DNA of 63,766 nt, filler included, from Nemertoderma westbladi (taxonomy: Eukaryota > Animalia > Xenacoelomorpha), in assembly GCA_032718475.1 (NCBI GenBank). It is 3 parts of 3 records of this genome, joined end to end, with 100 filler letters (N's around TTAATTAATTAA, not from the genome) between each part and the next. Parts side by side here need not be neighbours in the genome. Positions count along the whole stretch, not along the records: positions 45,171 to 63,766 come from JAUCBJ010002010.1; 2 more parts are not named here. One strand, 5' to 3'. Shown in pieces: positions 48,436 through 60,593 of the stretch. Positions within the stretch are counted from its first letter, which is position 1. The number at the start of each line of letters is the position of its first letter. A program made the translations under genes and the position numbers. The notes below the pieces were generated by a model. It did no database searches. It was not told the origin of the DNA and saw only the letters and a list, made by a program, of their open reading frames with translations.

Positions 48436-51274
48436 ACACCGCCTTATTGTGGCCAAGGTAAGACTAGGTCTGCGTGCTAGCAGAACAACGAAATCTGCCT
48501 TGCCGCGGCATGACTGTTCCTCTCTGTTGCAACAGCCAAAGTGTGAGATCCAGCTTCACACTACAGCTGAGCAACAGGTATGAGGTTCTTGCCTGTGAGG
48601 CGGCAGATCATTGTGAGGGCTATAAATACTGTCTTCACAAAAGCAGTTAAGTTAGCAGCTGCAGAAACAGTTCCTGTATACCCTCGAAACAGGAAAAGGC
48701 CCCCCTGGACTGACAACAAAATTCAGAAATGCCGAAATGACCTCTATAAGGCGCAGAAAGAGTCCCGACTCAAACGGACTACAGCGGCCAAGAATGCAGT
48801 TAAGGCTGCATCTAGGTCCCTGAACAGGCAGTACTCTGTTAATCTACAGGAACTAATAAACCAACAGGTTGATGCCATCAATGATGCTGACGACAGCAGG
48901 CAATCATCCCAGACATGGAAATCGATCAACTTGCTTACTGGGCGGAAAAGCCAACCAACCACGAAGGTTAAGGCAGAATCACCCGCCGATCGCCTCAATG
49001 GTTGGAAGGCCCACTTTGAAAAGCTCCTCAATAATGACAGGGTATTGCCTGATTACTTTATAGAAGTAAAAGTGTCTTAGTCTGTACTCCCAGATATTCC
49101 CATTGGCGATATCTCCTTATCAGAAGTGAAGGCTGCTGCAAAAGGCATTAAGACCAATCGTGCCAGTGGAGTAGATGGTGTTCCCCCTGAGGTCTTTAAA
49201 ATACCTGAGTGTTTAAAGCTCATCTATCACATCATAGTAGACATGTACTGAACAACAAGAGTCCCACAAGAAATGAAAACGAATAAGTTGGTGCCAGTTC
49301 CCAAGAAGGGCAACCTAACACTCTATGGTTCTTTTCGGGGAATCTCATTGATCTCGAATGCTGCAAAGCTATACAATAGAATTCTATTAAGTCGCATCAG
49401 CGGGATCCCATTGAGAGACTGCTCCGTGGAAATCAGAATGGGTTCCGTAAAGGTCGTGGGACCATTGAGCCCATTTTGGCACTTAGAATGATAATTGAAG
49501 AGTTATCAAAACAGAAAGACAGGCAGGCTGTTATCTTTGTTGACTTCTTCAAGGCCTTTGATTCAGTCTCCCGCTCACGTATGTTCAGCATACTTTCATT
49601 ATATGGGATTCCTGATGAAATTATTGCAGCAATCAGATCAGTATACGATGGTTCGACAATATTTGTGTCTACTGTTGACGGTGACACAGAACCATTTGAA
49701 GTGTTATGGGGCGTCCTCCAAGGAGACACACTTGCACCATTCTTGTTCATTTTTGTGGTTGACTATGTTCTATGCCAGACTGGAATCCATACACTTTGCG
49801 CCGGATTAATCCGGCGCACTTTGCAATAAAAGCGCGCCAATGTGGCGCGTGGCGCGCTCGAAAATCATAAAGCGCGCCGACTTTGGCGCGTGGCGTGCTC
49901 GAAAATCGTAAAGTGCGCCGGCTTTGGCACGTGGCGCTCCCAAAAATAAAAACCGGCGCCGATTTGTTAGTTTACAGGTTTAACAATTAGGCTAAATGCC
50001 TTAAAAATTGCATTAGCTGTTTAAAAATTTCGGCTCGCTTCGCTCGCCTTTCTTTTTCTGTTGTATGGTTCAGTGGTTATGGTTAGGCAACTGTTGTATA
50101 GGGCAGCAGGGACTGGCAGACTGGTACAGCAGTACTGACTGACTAACATTGACAGATTGGTTACACTCCCTCAAAATTGAATTTGCATTGGCGTGGCGCT
50201 CTTCAAAATTGTTTCAATGTGTGGCGCGCTTAAAGATTTAGTTGGCGTGGGGTTTCTTCGAAATGGCATCGGCGCGCGGCGCGCATAAAAATTGGTCGGC
50301 GCGCTATCCGGCGCACTTTTTGGATGGATTCCATACAGGGTTCTACGCATGCCGTTAGATCATCATAATGATGATGGGATGATGATAACTCCACCTACTG
50401 GCTCCAGAAGTCGAGGAAATTCTGCCAAATACCTAACTGATCTAGACTTTGCTGATGATTTAGGAGTACTCTCAGAATCACTAGAGGGAGCCCAACGGCT
50501 CCTCAGCTCATCAGAACATGCTGCTTCTAGTGTCTTTTTATTAACTCCAGAAAAACCAAAATTTTTAAATTTCAAAATTTTAACTTTGAAAGTCCTCAGC
50601 AAGTCTGTGATCGGATGAGCATAAGCTCAAAGGATGGTATGCTTGAGCATGTGGACGACTTCTGTTACCTGGGATCATGGATCCGGAAGTCAGGTGAGGA
50701 CCTTCGAATACGTAAGGGAAAGGCATGGGCAGCCTTGAATAGGCTTTCCAGGATTTGGAAGTCACCGAGAATTAATCGGAAACTTAAGGTCCGATTATTT
50801 AGAGCAGCAGTAGTTCCAGTACTCCTCTACGGGACTCCATGCTGGGCTCTAACTGCTGAGGACACCAAATCTCTGGATGGCACATTCACAAGAATGCTAC
50901 GCCGGGTTCATTGTGTCAAGTACAATGCACACATCTCCAACCAGACACTATATAACATTGGAGGTGTCTCATTGGTTCCCCCAAGCTTGACACTAGAACA
51001 AAATCGCCTCCGCTTTGCAGGACATTGCTTTCGCCGTGAGGACCAGCCAGTGCATAATCTTGTACTTTGGCAGCCGCATGGAGTGAATAAGCATGGTGGA
51101 CAGCCCATGACTTTCTTGAGACGCATCTTAAAGGACACTGGCCTTGAAGATGCGGATGATCTAGCAAATGTCATGGGTGGTAGGGAGTTGTGGCGGTGCA
51201 ATTTTGTTGACAAGCCGGCACAGCATTCTTAAAAATGCAGCTGCAATGCAGCATGCCGATCCTAGTAGTAGTAG
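48436..51274 (+). mobile_element. RTE-clade LINE, 5'-truncated and degenerate, split by a MITE
   Basis: HRLIVAKVRL (end of APE), PVPKKGNL..FRGISL, FVDFFKAFDS, GVLQGDTLAPFLF, DLDFADD, FCYLGS and RLRFAGHC. Short 3' UTR and (TAG)n tail. Confidence 0.9.
49775..50339. mobile_element. Non-autonomous DNA transposon with an 8-bp TSD (hAT/P-like), inserted in the RTE RT domain
   Basis: TSD GTTCTATG (49767-49774) and GTTCTACG (50340-50347). TIRs CCAGACTGGAATCCAT and ATGGATTCCATACAGG; GCGC-rich subterminal repeats. Removing it restores VVDYVLRM...DFADD. Confidence 0.82.
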
Positions 51275-51276
51275 TT

Positions 51277-51527
51277 GTGTTCTGATTCTCCTGGCTTTAT
51301 TTTCACTCACTCACTAACGTTCGTTCGTGTAACAAAGCCTCTCGGATCATCACACTGTAAAGTGATACTTTTCACACAAGTATGTAAATAGTTAATAGTT
51401 ATTACAGTGTTCTGATCCTCGTGGTTTTATTTTCACTCACTTACTAACGTTTGTTCGTGTAACAAAGCCACTCGGATCATCACACTGTAAAGTGCTACTT
51501 TACACACAAGTATGTAAATAGTTAATA
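51277..51527. repeat. Tandem duplication of a ~122-bp segment between the two RTE tails
   Basis: GTGTTCTGAT...CACAAGTATGTAAATAGTTAATA is present at 51277-51398 and 51407-51527. Confidence 0.85.
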
Positions 51528-51810
51528 CTACTACTAGGATCGGCATGCTGCATTGCAGCTGCATTTTTAAGAATGCTGTGCCGGCTTATCGACAAAATTG
51601 CACCGCCACAACTCCCTATCACCCATGACATTTGCTAGATCATCCGCATCTTCAAGGCCAGTGTCCTATAAGATGCGTCTCAAGAAAGTCATGGGCTGTC
51701 CACCATGCTTATTCACTCCATGAGGCTGCCAAAGTACAAGATTATGCACTGGCTGGTCCTCACGGCGAAAGCAATGTCCTGCAAAGCGGAGATAAAGTTC
51801 CTCTAATCGC
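51528..51810 (-). mobile_element. Short 5'-truncated copy of the same RTE family, inverted
   Basis: Near-identical reverse complement of ~51008-51270. It has its own TSD AAATAGTTAATA at 51516-51527 and 51811-51822. Confidence 0.9.
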
Positions 51811-52422
51811 AAATAGTTAATACTCTTATTAGGCACTGTATAAATGCAATATTGTACTGTATGTGGCACGAGCCACGATGTCCTCCAGCTGGGTGAGCCT
51901 TAGTGTAGGGGTACAATTAGTAGGGGACCCCTCTGTCGTCGTTGATGGAAATCTTTGAACGCTAATAAGTCAGTCAATCTTTGATGAAATAGAACCAGAT
52001 TTGTTACACATATTAAACGTTTATAAATTCTACACACAGACAGACTTATATCGTTCCTCTGTCGGCAGCTAGGGGGCGAATGACTAGGTCCACCAATTGT
52101 ACCTCAACTCAAAGTTCATCTGGACTAACGTGTGTACGAAGGCCCCACGTACTCTGTATTAAATTTTGTGGAATTTTGGAAGTATTGAGCTATTGGCTCG
52201 GAGAGCCAATGGCAACTGAAACTCTAAATCCCCAACTGAAACAGGTTTTTGTATCTATTTTTGGCGATTAATGTGGTGGGAGGAAGGGAGGTCGGCTGGG
52301 AGATCGGATATATATTTTGTAGAATTATTTATGTTCTTCGGGTTATTATAGACAGACAGATGCCTCTCCCCCGTATTTCCCTGATTGCTTCGACAGATCT
52401 ACACTACTACTGCTTATAGTAA

Positions 52423-52706
52423 GGCCTGCCGCACACTAGAGATGCAAGATGAGCGATGCAAGATTCAAGATGCAAAAATCGCTCCCGACGTACACTAGAG
52501 ATGCAAGATGCATCGTATTTTATTTTATATATTATACTTTGATTATATTAATGTATATTTCAAAGAATTTATTATGCATCTTGCATCTCTAGTGTACGGC
52601 CTCCCGATAGTCTACCATGTATTCTATATTCGAGATGCAAGATGCAAAAAATAGAACATCGAGGATGTCCTTTTTTGCATCTTGCATCTCTAGTGTGCGT
52701 CGGGCC
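52423..52706. mobile_element. PIF/Harbinger (Tourist-like) MITE
   Basis: TAA TSD on both sides. TIRs GGCCTGCCGCACACTAGAGATGCAAGATG and CATCTTGCATCTCTAGTGTGCGTCGGGCC. The TIR motif is also repeated internally. Confidence 0.85.
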
Positions 52707-55700
52707 TAATGCTACAGTAGACGTACCGGTAGTGCAATTAGATAAAATGATGTTCAGAAATAATTAAAATGCCAGACTGAAAGATTTTACTGAAGTTATA
52801 AGGATTCAATATTTTCAATAATGATTTGACTAATTCCCCAAGCGACCTTGTCACATGGGCTTACCGGATAATAGGCTACTATTCATAAACGACAAGATTT
52901 AGTGTAGTTTACTGTTTTTGTTGTAAAGCCAAGATAAATTACATTAGTCATAATTATGTAATGTAAATGTAAATGTATTGTAAATGATTTTTTGGTTCTT
53001 TGTACATCGCTCTTAATCGCATTTCATTGATGGTATATCATTTTGTCATGTTTATAGTAGTGGGCATCTTAAGTGGTTTTGTCAAGTTTGATTGTGCTTA
53101 GTGCTTGCCACATTATTGCGATGTAATTGTGATGGCGAACCTAAAATTTGTGTTTCTCAATTCCCACCGCCGATGACTACCATGTTGTTTATTCATTGAC
53201 ACATAATAAGATATCATAACATTCTACTCACTCACCGAGACCATTTTGGTCATTATTAGAATATGCTTCAGCATACTTTGGTTCATTGATAAGTCAGTCA
53301 CGTGCAGTGCAGTCCCCATTAACCAACCCATCCACATTACACAACCCAACCCACAGGATATCCCTGCTGTATATTAATTTATATAAAGTGCTATCATGGC
53401 AGGTTATGGCAGGTGGGCCCATCAATCTCAAATTGATTGTAACCTGGATGTTGTTCATTAATTACCTGTTTAATGTAGCAGTACAGTACTCACAGTATAA
53501 AGAATAGGGGCATAATACCCACTCCTTTGTACACAACACGAAACATACTCCTCTTTGGGAAGATGTGCTCGACTACCCTACACTTGCAATGGGTAAATCT
53601 AATCCCTGTTCCATCTACTGTACAGTAGTGTTTGACAGTTTTGGGTTGGAGTTCCTATTCCTCACTGACTCACGTGCCCATCCCGCTCAGGGATTAACTA
53701 ACAGGAGTAGTGTCCAATGCCTGACAAGGCAGTGGGAGTATACCACCAGTAAGAAGAGGCACAATTCCCTTGTGTCAAAGCCACTAGCCAGAGAGTGGTT
53801 AGTGAGGCATGATACATTTTTCCCAAACTCAAGGCAATCCTAACAATAAAGGAATGATGCCTCAGTGCAAGTCCTTCATTGCACATAAACTATTGGTGTT
53901 GGTTGGAAGGGGTTTTTCTTTATGAGGTTTAAAAATCAATAAGTACCAGCTGACGTTTAAAAGCATTTCCAAGAGCGAATTATATTCAATTTTTCAGCAC
54001 GTAATTTATTAACTCATAAATTGTTATGGCGTTATCAGCATGTCTTTGTTAATTTATTACGCATTAAGTTTGCGCTGTGTATAGCGCTGGCGGCCATGGT
54101 GTATCTCCATTGTAAATATTTCAAATTCTAAACACGTAATGTAATTACTTTGAAGCTTCAGTTGATGGTACAGTGGTTTTACAAAATTACAACGTATGAA
54201 AATATTCTTTCACCTAAACCCAGAGTCGATTCAGACACACATTAGACACATGTTTACACATGTTTAGAGACTAACTGACAAATGGTGCAGTTTCAGTTAA
54301 CTTTAAGAAGAATGCAATATAATGCTGCAGCAAAGAGATCATGTCGTCCCAAGTATAATTACTTTATTGTATTGGAGGCCTACCCTACCAACAACAGCTT
54401 GTACGTCGGCTCCTTTATTATGAGTTAGCCAGCAGCACAACTCAACCAGGGAATTGCAATCAAATATTAACTTACAATGGGGAAACACTGTACTGTAGCA
54501 GTAGTGCCATGTACATTGTACAGTAGTGACAATCTGCTGCCTACTAAACCAATAAAAATGTTGGTTTTGGTCTAGTACTAGTACTGTACTGCTAGTACTT
54601 CATTGGGATGGCTTGTTTGCTTAAATTATTACAGTATTTCAATAAACATCGCGATATCCTATATTCATATAAAGTTATCTCTTATACACTAATATATTTG
54701 ATGTCAGAAACTTCCTGAGTGCACAGAGAAATATTATTGTTAAATGCCGCACGTCTCTCAATGAATATTGATGAACCAACGCTGTACTGAACGGTTTTCA
54801 CATTTTGTCTGTATCCTGGTAATGGGAGTTGCTTTCTAATTAAAATTACTTTGTAATTATTGACCGGATTTTGTGTAATACTCGCGGGGTGAGGATGTTT
54901 ACCTGTAACCATCCGTTAAAATCGAATGGATTATCGACCTCATGCTGTCGATTTCGCGAGTGCAGCCTACCGGAGTATCGAACCTCTCGCCATTAAATCA
55001 TCTATTTATAATCTCAACAGCCAAGTCGCTTATTTCGTTGTTCATAATAATATGGCTGCCCTGTCATATTAATATGGGAATTCGCAGGTTGTATGTCCTG
55101 TATGTACTGCACTAATCCAGCGCCATTTAGTATGCCTCGCCTCCACCCACATAGGCCTACTCCTTCACGTGTTTACAAAAATAATGCTATCAACTTTCAA
55201 GCTCTTCAAACGGTATAACGGATGGCTGTTCGATATTGCCTTGGATAATTAAGCCTAGGCGTTAAATTGGCCCCGGTCGTAATCGAGGATCCCGAAAGAG
55301 ACATTCGATCAGCTACAGTAGGCCCCGAAAGTTTCCAACTAGCCAAAGCAACCGTAGGCCTACCTTCCCGCGAACTGTACATACATGTATATGGGAAAAG
55401 ATCTTTCAGTTACGTGACGACAGTTTTTGGAAGAAAAGAATCTCATAAAGGCGACTTCAGTTGTACCATTAAAACGGATACTACTGTATAAAGCCTACCT
55501 GAACTGAAACAGAATAACTCAGGTTCATTTATTCATATGAAATTTAATTATTAATTATAAATTCATTTTTAATTAATTATGCAAATGTACAACAGTAGGC
55601 CTACTTGTTTCAGCCCACCCAGCTTTAATTGGCATGCTGGCATTGCTGGGCCTGGCTGGGGGAGTAACGAGTAACTAAAAGAAAATGGTTGGATAGTGAG

Positions 55701-56069
55701 ACAGTATTAGACCTTGGGAGTTAGTGGGCGCCAGCGCCCTCCCTGCCTTATACAGTTATAGGTAAAGCCGAGAGCGAGAGATAGGAGCATACGGGTCACG
55801 AATGCGGATGGCCCCCAGACAGTGGTTATAGGTCTTATGTCTGTCTGTAACTGTAGTTGTAGGGGGATTTCGAGATTTCCAGCAATTCCAGCATTATGTT
55901 TCTGTCAGGTACAGCGGGACAGCGGAAGTTCATAAGTTAGTTGCTTACTGTAGTGATAGTATAGTACAGTAAGTAGGTCTAACAGTTATGGCAACGGCAT
56001 ATGACAGTACTGCAGTATGGATGGGGGGGATGGGGGCCTATGCCTGTAGGCCAACTGCTGCTATGGTGA

Positions 56070-56828
56070 CACCCTGCTCCATAAGCCCGGGAAATTAAAA
56101 ATTTTACCGGTTATACTGCAGTTATTCTAGAACCTTATCGCGATTTGTTGGTACCAATAGAACTGTAGAAAGCTGACCGTGCAAGAATTCCAGAAATGTA
56201 AAAACATTTGAATTTGGTAGAGAAATAGCAGAGATATGGGCATTCGAAAGTTGCATGTATTTGCTTCCCCCGCACGCCATTTATTCTATTTAATAAATAC
56301 ATCATATTCTGGAATATTTTGTTTATCCCAAACGTAGCTGGGCAACAATGCAATGCTTCTTTAAACATACTATTATGTAGCTATTCATACATAAACAAAA
56401 TGTTATAGAATAGAATGTTTTTATTTAATAGAATAAAACAGCCTCACGCAGGTGGCAGGTGCAAAAACATGCAACTTTTGAACGCTCATATCTCAGCTAT
56501 TTCCCAACCAAGTTCAAATATTTTTACATTTTTTGAATCCTTGCATGGTTAGCTTTATATCAGTACCAACAAATCACTATAAGGTTTAAAAATAACTGGA
56601 GTGTAACTGGCGCAATATCACCGGAGGCACCTTTTTCAAACGCTTGTAGCTAAAGAATGAAAGCAAAAATAAAAATCCTGTCTCACCCAGCAAGGAGGAG
56701 GGAGGTGAAACTATCTCTGTTTCAAATTTCATGCAATCTCATTAAGATTTGTAGAAAAATTTGGGGGGGGGGGGGGGGGGTGGGGGTCCAGGTACTTGAA
56801 TAACGACACTATATTCCAGGACATGGTG
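56070..56828. mobile_element. Tc1/mariner-type non-autonomous element, same family as 60930-61374
   Basis: Shares the right end ACGACACTATATTCCAGGACATGGTG|TA and the internal GGAGGGAGGTGAAACTATCT...poly-G block. Contains an internal inverted repeat. The left boundary is uncertain. Confidence 0.6.
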
Positions 56829-56959
56829 TAATATGATGTCAGTATGTACTGCAGTAAAATTATGGTCTAATTAGTTGTGGCATACATTTTCAATAGCATT
56901 CTGTACTGCTGTAATCAGCTCCTTTCCTTCAATAGGTAACGATATCGTGTATTACAGTA

Positions 56960-57359
56960 TTATTGTTTTGGTTAGAAAAGCCCGCCTCTGTGACCTGATC
57001 CTTTCCTTGTATTGTTAACAAGATCGTTTATTGTTTTGGTTTGAAAAGCCTGGCTCTGTAAAACCTGTCTGCCTGTTCCTTTCTTGTTTCTCGCCAGCTC
57101 GCAATTTGTATCGAGAATCGAGGTCGTTTATTGTTTTGGTCAAAATCCGCCTCCGTAAAAACGTTCTCAGTCTGTTAGTAAGATGGACGGTACTGTATCC
57201 TAATAATATGGGAAATTATTTTTACACTATGAAGCTCATAATGACACAGTCTGACAGTGCAAAACTACGTCAGACGTAGGCCATGGTCAGACAATCTGAC
57301 AGTCGCAGTCGTACACTGTGACAGTTGTAATGGAAAGATGACAATTTGAATTAACCGCC
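56960..57359 (-). mobile_element. Degenerate left arm of a relative of the 68-bp-repeat Mutator-like family
   Basis: Three decayed reverse-complement units TTGTTTTGGTTAGAAAAGCCCGCCTCTGT, CTGACAG motifs, and a GGCGGTTAATT terminus on the minus strand. Confidence 0.6.
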
Positions 57360-57916
57360 AAAAATATATCAATAAATTCACGACGTTTTAGCCATCCTAA
57401 TCCATAATCCTACGTCTTTCTATCATTTGAATTTCGCACCTTTCATGTTTTAGGGACTTGTCGGCATGATAGCTGCATAGGCAGATAGGCAGATAGGGAT
57501 AATATTTCCTTTCTATCTGTCTATAGCAGTATAGTCATAGGCCTGTAGGCTATAGGCGTATTTTTACTATAGTCCTGCAGTCTGATAGTACAATTAGGCC
57601 TAATTAATACTGTAATACAGTAATAGTACAGTAGTACTGAAGTAAACTGGTACAGCAGTACAGTAACAGTACAGTATTGCAGTAGTACGCCATCACCACT
57701 GTTCTAGGCCTACTAATAAAACATCAGTAAAAGTTCATGCTGTTATGTACCGTAGCTAACTACTGAATTCAGCTGCGGTTCTTATCTTACAGTCTTACAA
57801 TCTTATACCAGTTACCATTGCAGTAAACATAAAAATACTGTACCGGTAATCCCTAAGGCAGTAAGGCCTATTATTACGGTACTGCATAATTTGGATATTT
57901 ACATACTGACATAACA

Positions 57917-58399
57917 ATGTCGATGTCTGAAGATTACAGGAAGCCCTTCGCGCGTAGAGGTGCGGTAAGACAGAAGAATGTAGTGGATGTGAAAGACCAC
58001 GAATTTATACAGCGATTTTTCAAACAACCGACATTCTGTTCCCATTGTAAAGACTTTATATGGGGTTTCACTAGTAAACAAGGATACCAATGCAAAATTT
58101 GTTCCTTCGTGACGCACAACAGATGTGCGGAGTTTACAACATTCCAATGCCCCGGCGCCGATGTTGGCGTGGATACAGATGACCCGAGAAGTCGCCACCA
58201 CTTTAAGGCGCATACCTACACTCATCCAACCTTCTGCGACCATTGTGGTTCCTTGTTGTATGGGATAATTAACCAGGGCATGCATTGCAGCATGTGCGAA
58301 ATGAATGTGCATAAACGGTGTCAGAGAAACGTTCCTAATCTATGTGGTTCCGACCATACTGAGCGGAGAGGAAGAATTCATTTGAAGATCGAAGTTAAG
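57917..58399 (+). CDS. PRKCA: Conventional protein kinase C (alpha/beta/gamma type), first coding exon: pseudosubstrate + C1A + C1B; the remainder apparently lies beyond the window
   Basis: [12 protein letters not shown] pseudosubstrate; [23 protein letters not shown]; [23 protein letters not shown]; [13 protein letters not shown]. Start context ACAATG, donor AAG|GTGTGT. I found no C2 or kinase exon in 58400-63766. The symbol denotes the family co-ortholog. Confidence 0.93.
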
Positions 58400-60593
58400 G
58401 TGTGTTAAATTAAAGTCTATAATTATTTATGTCGCATTTTATTCGTTATTAGTACCGGTGTTTATTATTAATTATCATTTTTTTATGACTGTTGAATTTT
58501 TTGGTATTTCTAATTAATCAAAACAAACAATGTTTATATTCCAAAGAAACCCTCGAATATCGATAACCATTTGAAAAATAGAATCTTCAAAGTGGAAGAC
58601 AGTAATGTTTCTTTGCTGATCTTGCAGTCAGGATAAGAACATCTTCTAATGAAACCTTTTAATTTAATGTTACCTACTCATAACTTTATGTTGTTTTTAA
58701 TGAATTCCATGTGACTTTCCCGACATCTAACTACCCAACCTATCCCATGTTACACGGGCCGAGCTCCATAATTAATGGGACCTCTATCAAACTACATTGT
58801 TTTCTTAACTCATCAATATTTATAAGCCGAAACCATCTAAGCTCTGCGCTGAGTGTTCCACCTTGCTTGCTTGCTGTAACCTCAGTAAATCCAAGGCTGA
58901 ATTTTACCCATCATAACTAAATCCCCCCTCCCGCTCCCCCACATACTCCATACAATATGATAATGTGGAAGGACTGTATGATATTTCTGCGGTTGCTGCA
59001 TTTTTGTCTTATTCCGGTCGCGATAATACGTCCAGTAAGTTACGTCTTATTTAGTTTCTTTTATAAACATTTTTTTTCTGAAAATAATTAGACAAACACA
59101 AAGGACATTGAATTCCATGGGGAAAATTCCTTGGTGGTTAATGACGATGTGTTGACTGTGTTCCATAATATATACCTAATCCTAATTTATTCTTAATAAT
59201 TGCATATATTTACCATATAAATATTAATACCACGTATGTCGTATATGGAACAAACATGTTATACATACAAGCTGCCATTCTGAGCTCATCAGCAATCTAA
59301 GCTACAAAACGAAGGTTTGTCGATGCCAGAGCCCTGTCATAGTACTGCAGTTCGAGATCTTTTATATAGCTCCTGTTAAAGCAATGTCCAGCAAATCTGA
59401 GTAGAATTTGTTTCTGCAGGGTGATACTCGAGTTTTCTGAGGTAACTAGTTTGAGCAACACGACCTACGAAGCTGTGAAACATTAATTTTTATCAATTAT
59501 TTCTAGTGATTCTCCTGTAAAAACATATAATAAATATACAAATAACCCACGATAATAATATATCTTACAATCGGGTAACTGACTCGCATACGCTTATTTA
59601 TAAGTCAATGTAACTTAATTTATAAAGGAACTTGTGTTTCCCTTTAGTATGTAGAACCTCTAGGAATTACTAATTACACCCCATATACGCGATAGCGGCG
59701 AATATCTGGTGGTGCCGCATTCATGAATATTAAATAAGTTGTCGGGTACGGTGGAAGCCTGCTACATGCAACCGCTGCTTGTATTTCTATAGCATTAATC
59801 TCCGGAATCAGTATCTAATAACACCCAGTTCCTGCTCGTACCACTGCCTTTCCTATATCATTTAGCTAACACATTAAATCCCTATAATATTGTGTATTTT
59901 ATTCGCACCTTTTCATAAATAAATATGAATTTTACCGAACTATTTTAGATTTTATTTGGTGGTGGGGTGGGGGGGGGGGGGGGGGTGTGGGGGGTATGGT
60001 ATGGATGGATATCCTTAAGCCTTTGGGTTTTGAATTAAATATACAAGTAAGTTCAGAAGCCGACTGATCGGAATTCACAAGATACTACATCCCAAAACCA
60101 ATCTCAATTAATAGTTACATTTCCCTGGCTGAAAATATAATCTATCATAGTTAATCCACGAGTTCGTTACCTTACATGTTTGCTATGGCGGCCTAACCGC
60201 ACCCAGACAGATAAATTTACTAAATCCCAGTTCCAATTACGAAATTGAAATGTTATTTACCGGTACAACGCTTAAAGTATAGCACGTTATGCATGTCATA
60301 TCATTTACCTAACCCGACCGTCCATTAATGGTTTGTTTTGAATGATCTATCACGTCTAGACAATGTTGACGCCCTCTTTTGTTAACCTCCGAAATCGATC
60401 ACGTTGAGTGTGAAACAACTTTTCTTTGTAGCTAACAATAAGCATTCAACTTCGAGTAATGCTCTTCTGTTCCCTTCTCCGCTCTGTTCTATCTACTAGT
60501 TGAAAGAGAGTAGAATGTAGTATAGTAGAATGGGTAGAATGCTAGTTAAAACCTGGCAATTCCGTCATTAACATCCAATCAGAAGTAATGTAT

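Noticed and set aside
53280-53900. Moderately GC-rich stretch with short ORFs as an exon or retroelement
   Set aside because: I could not recognise a motif in any frame, so it is left unannotated.
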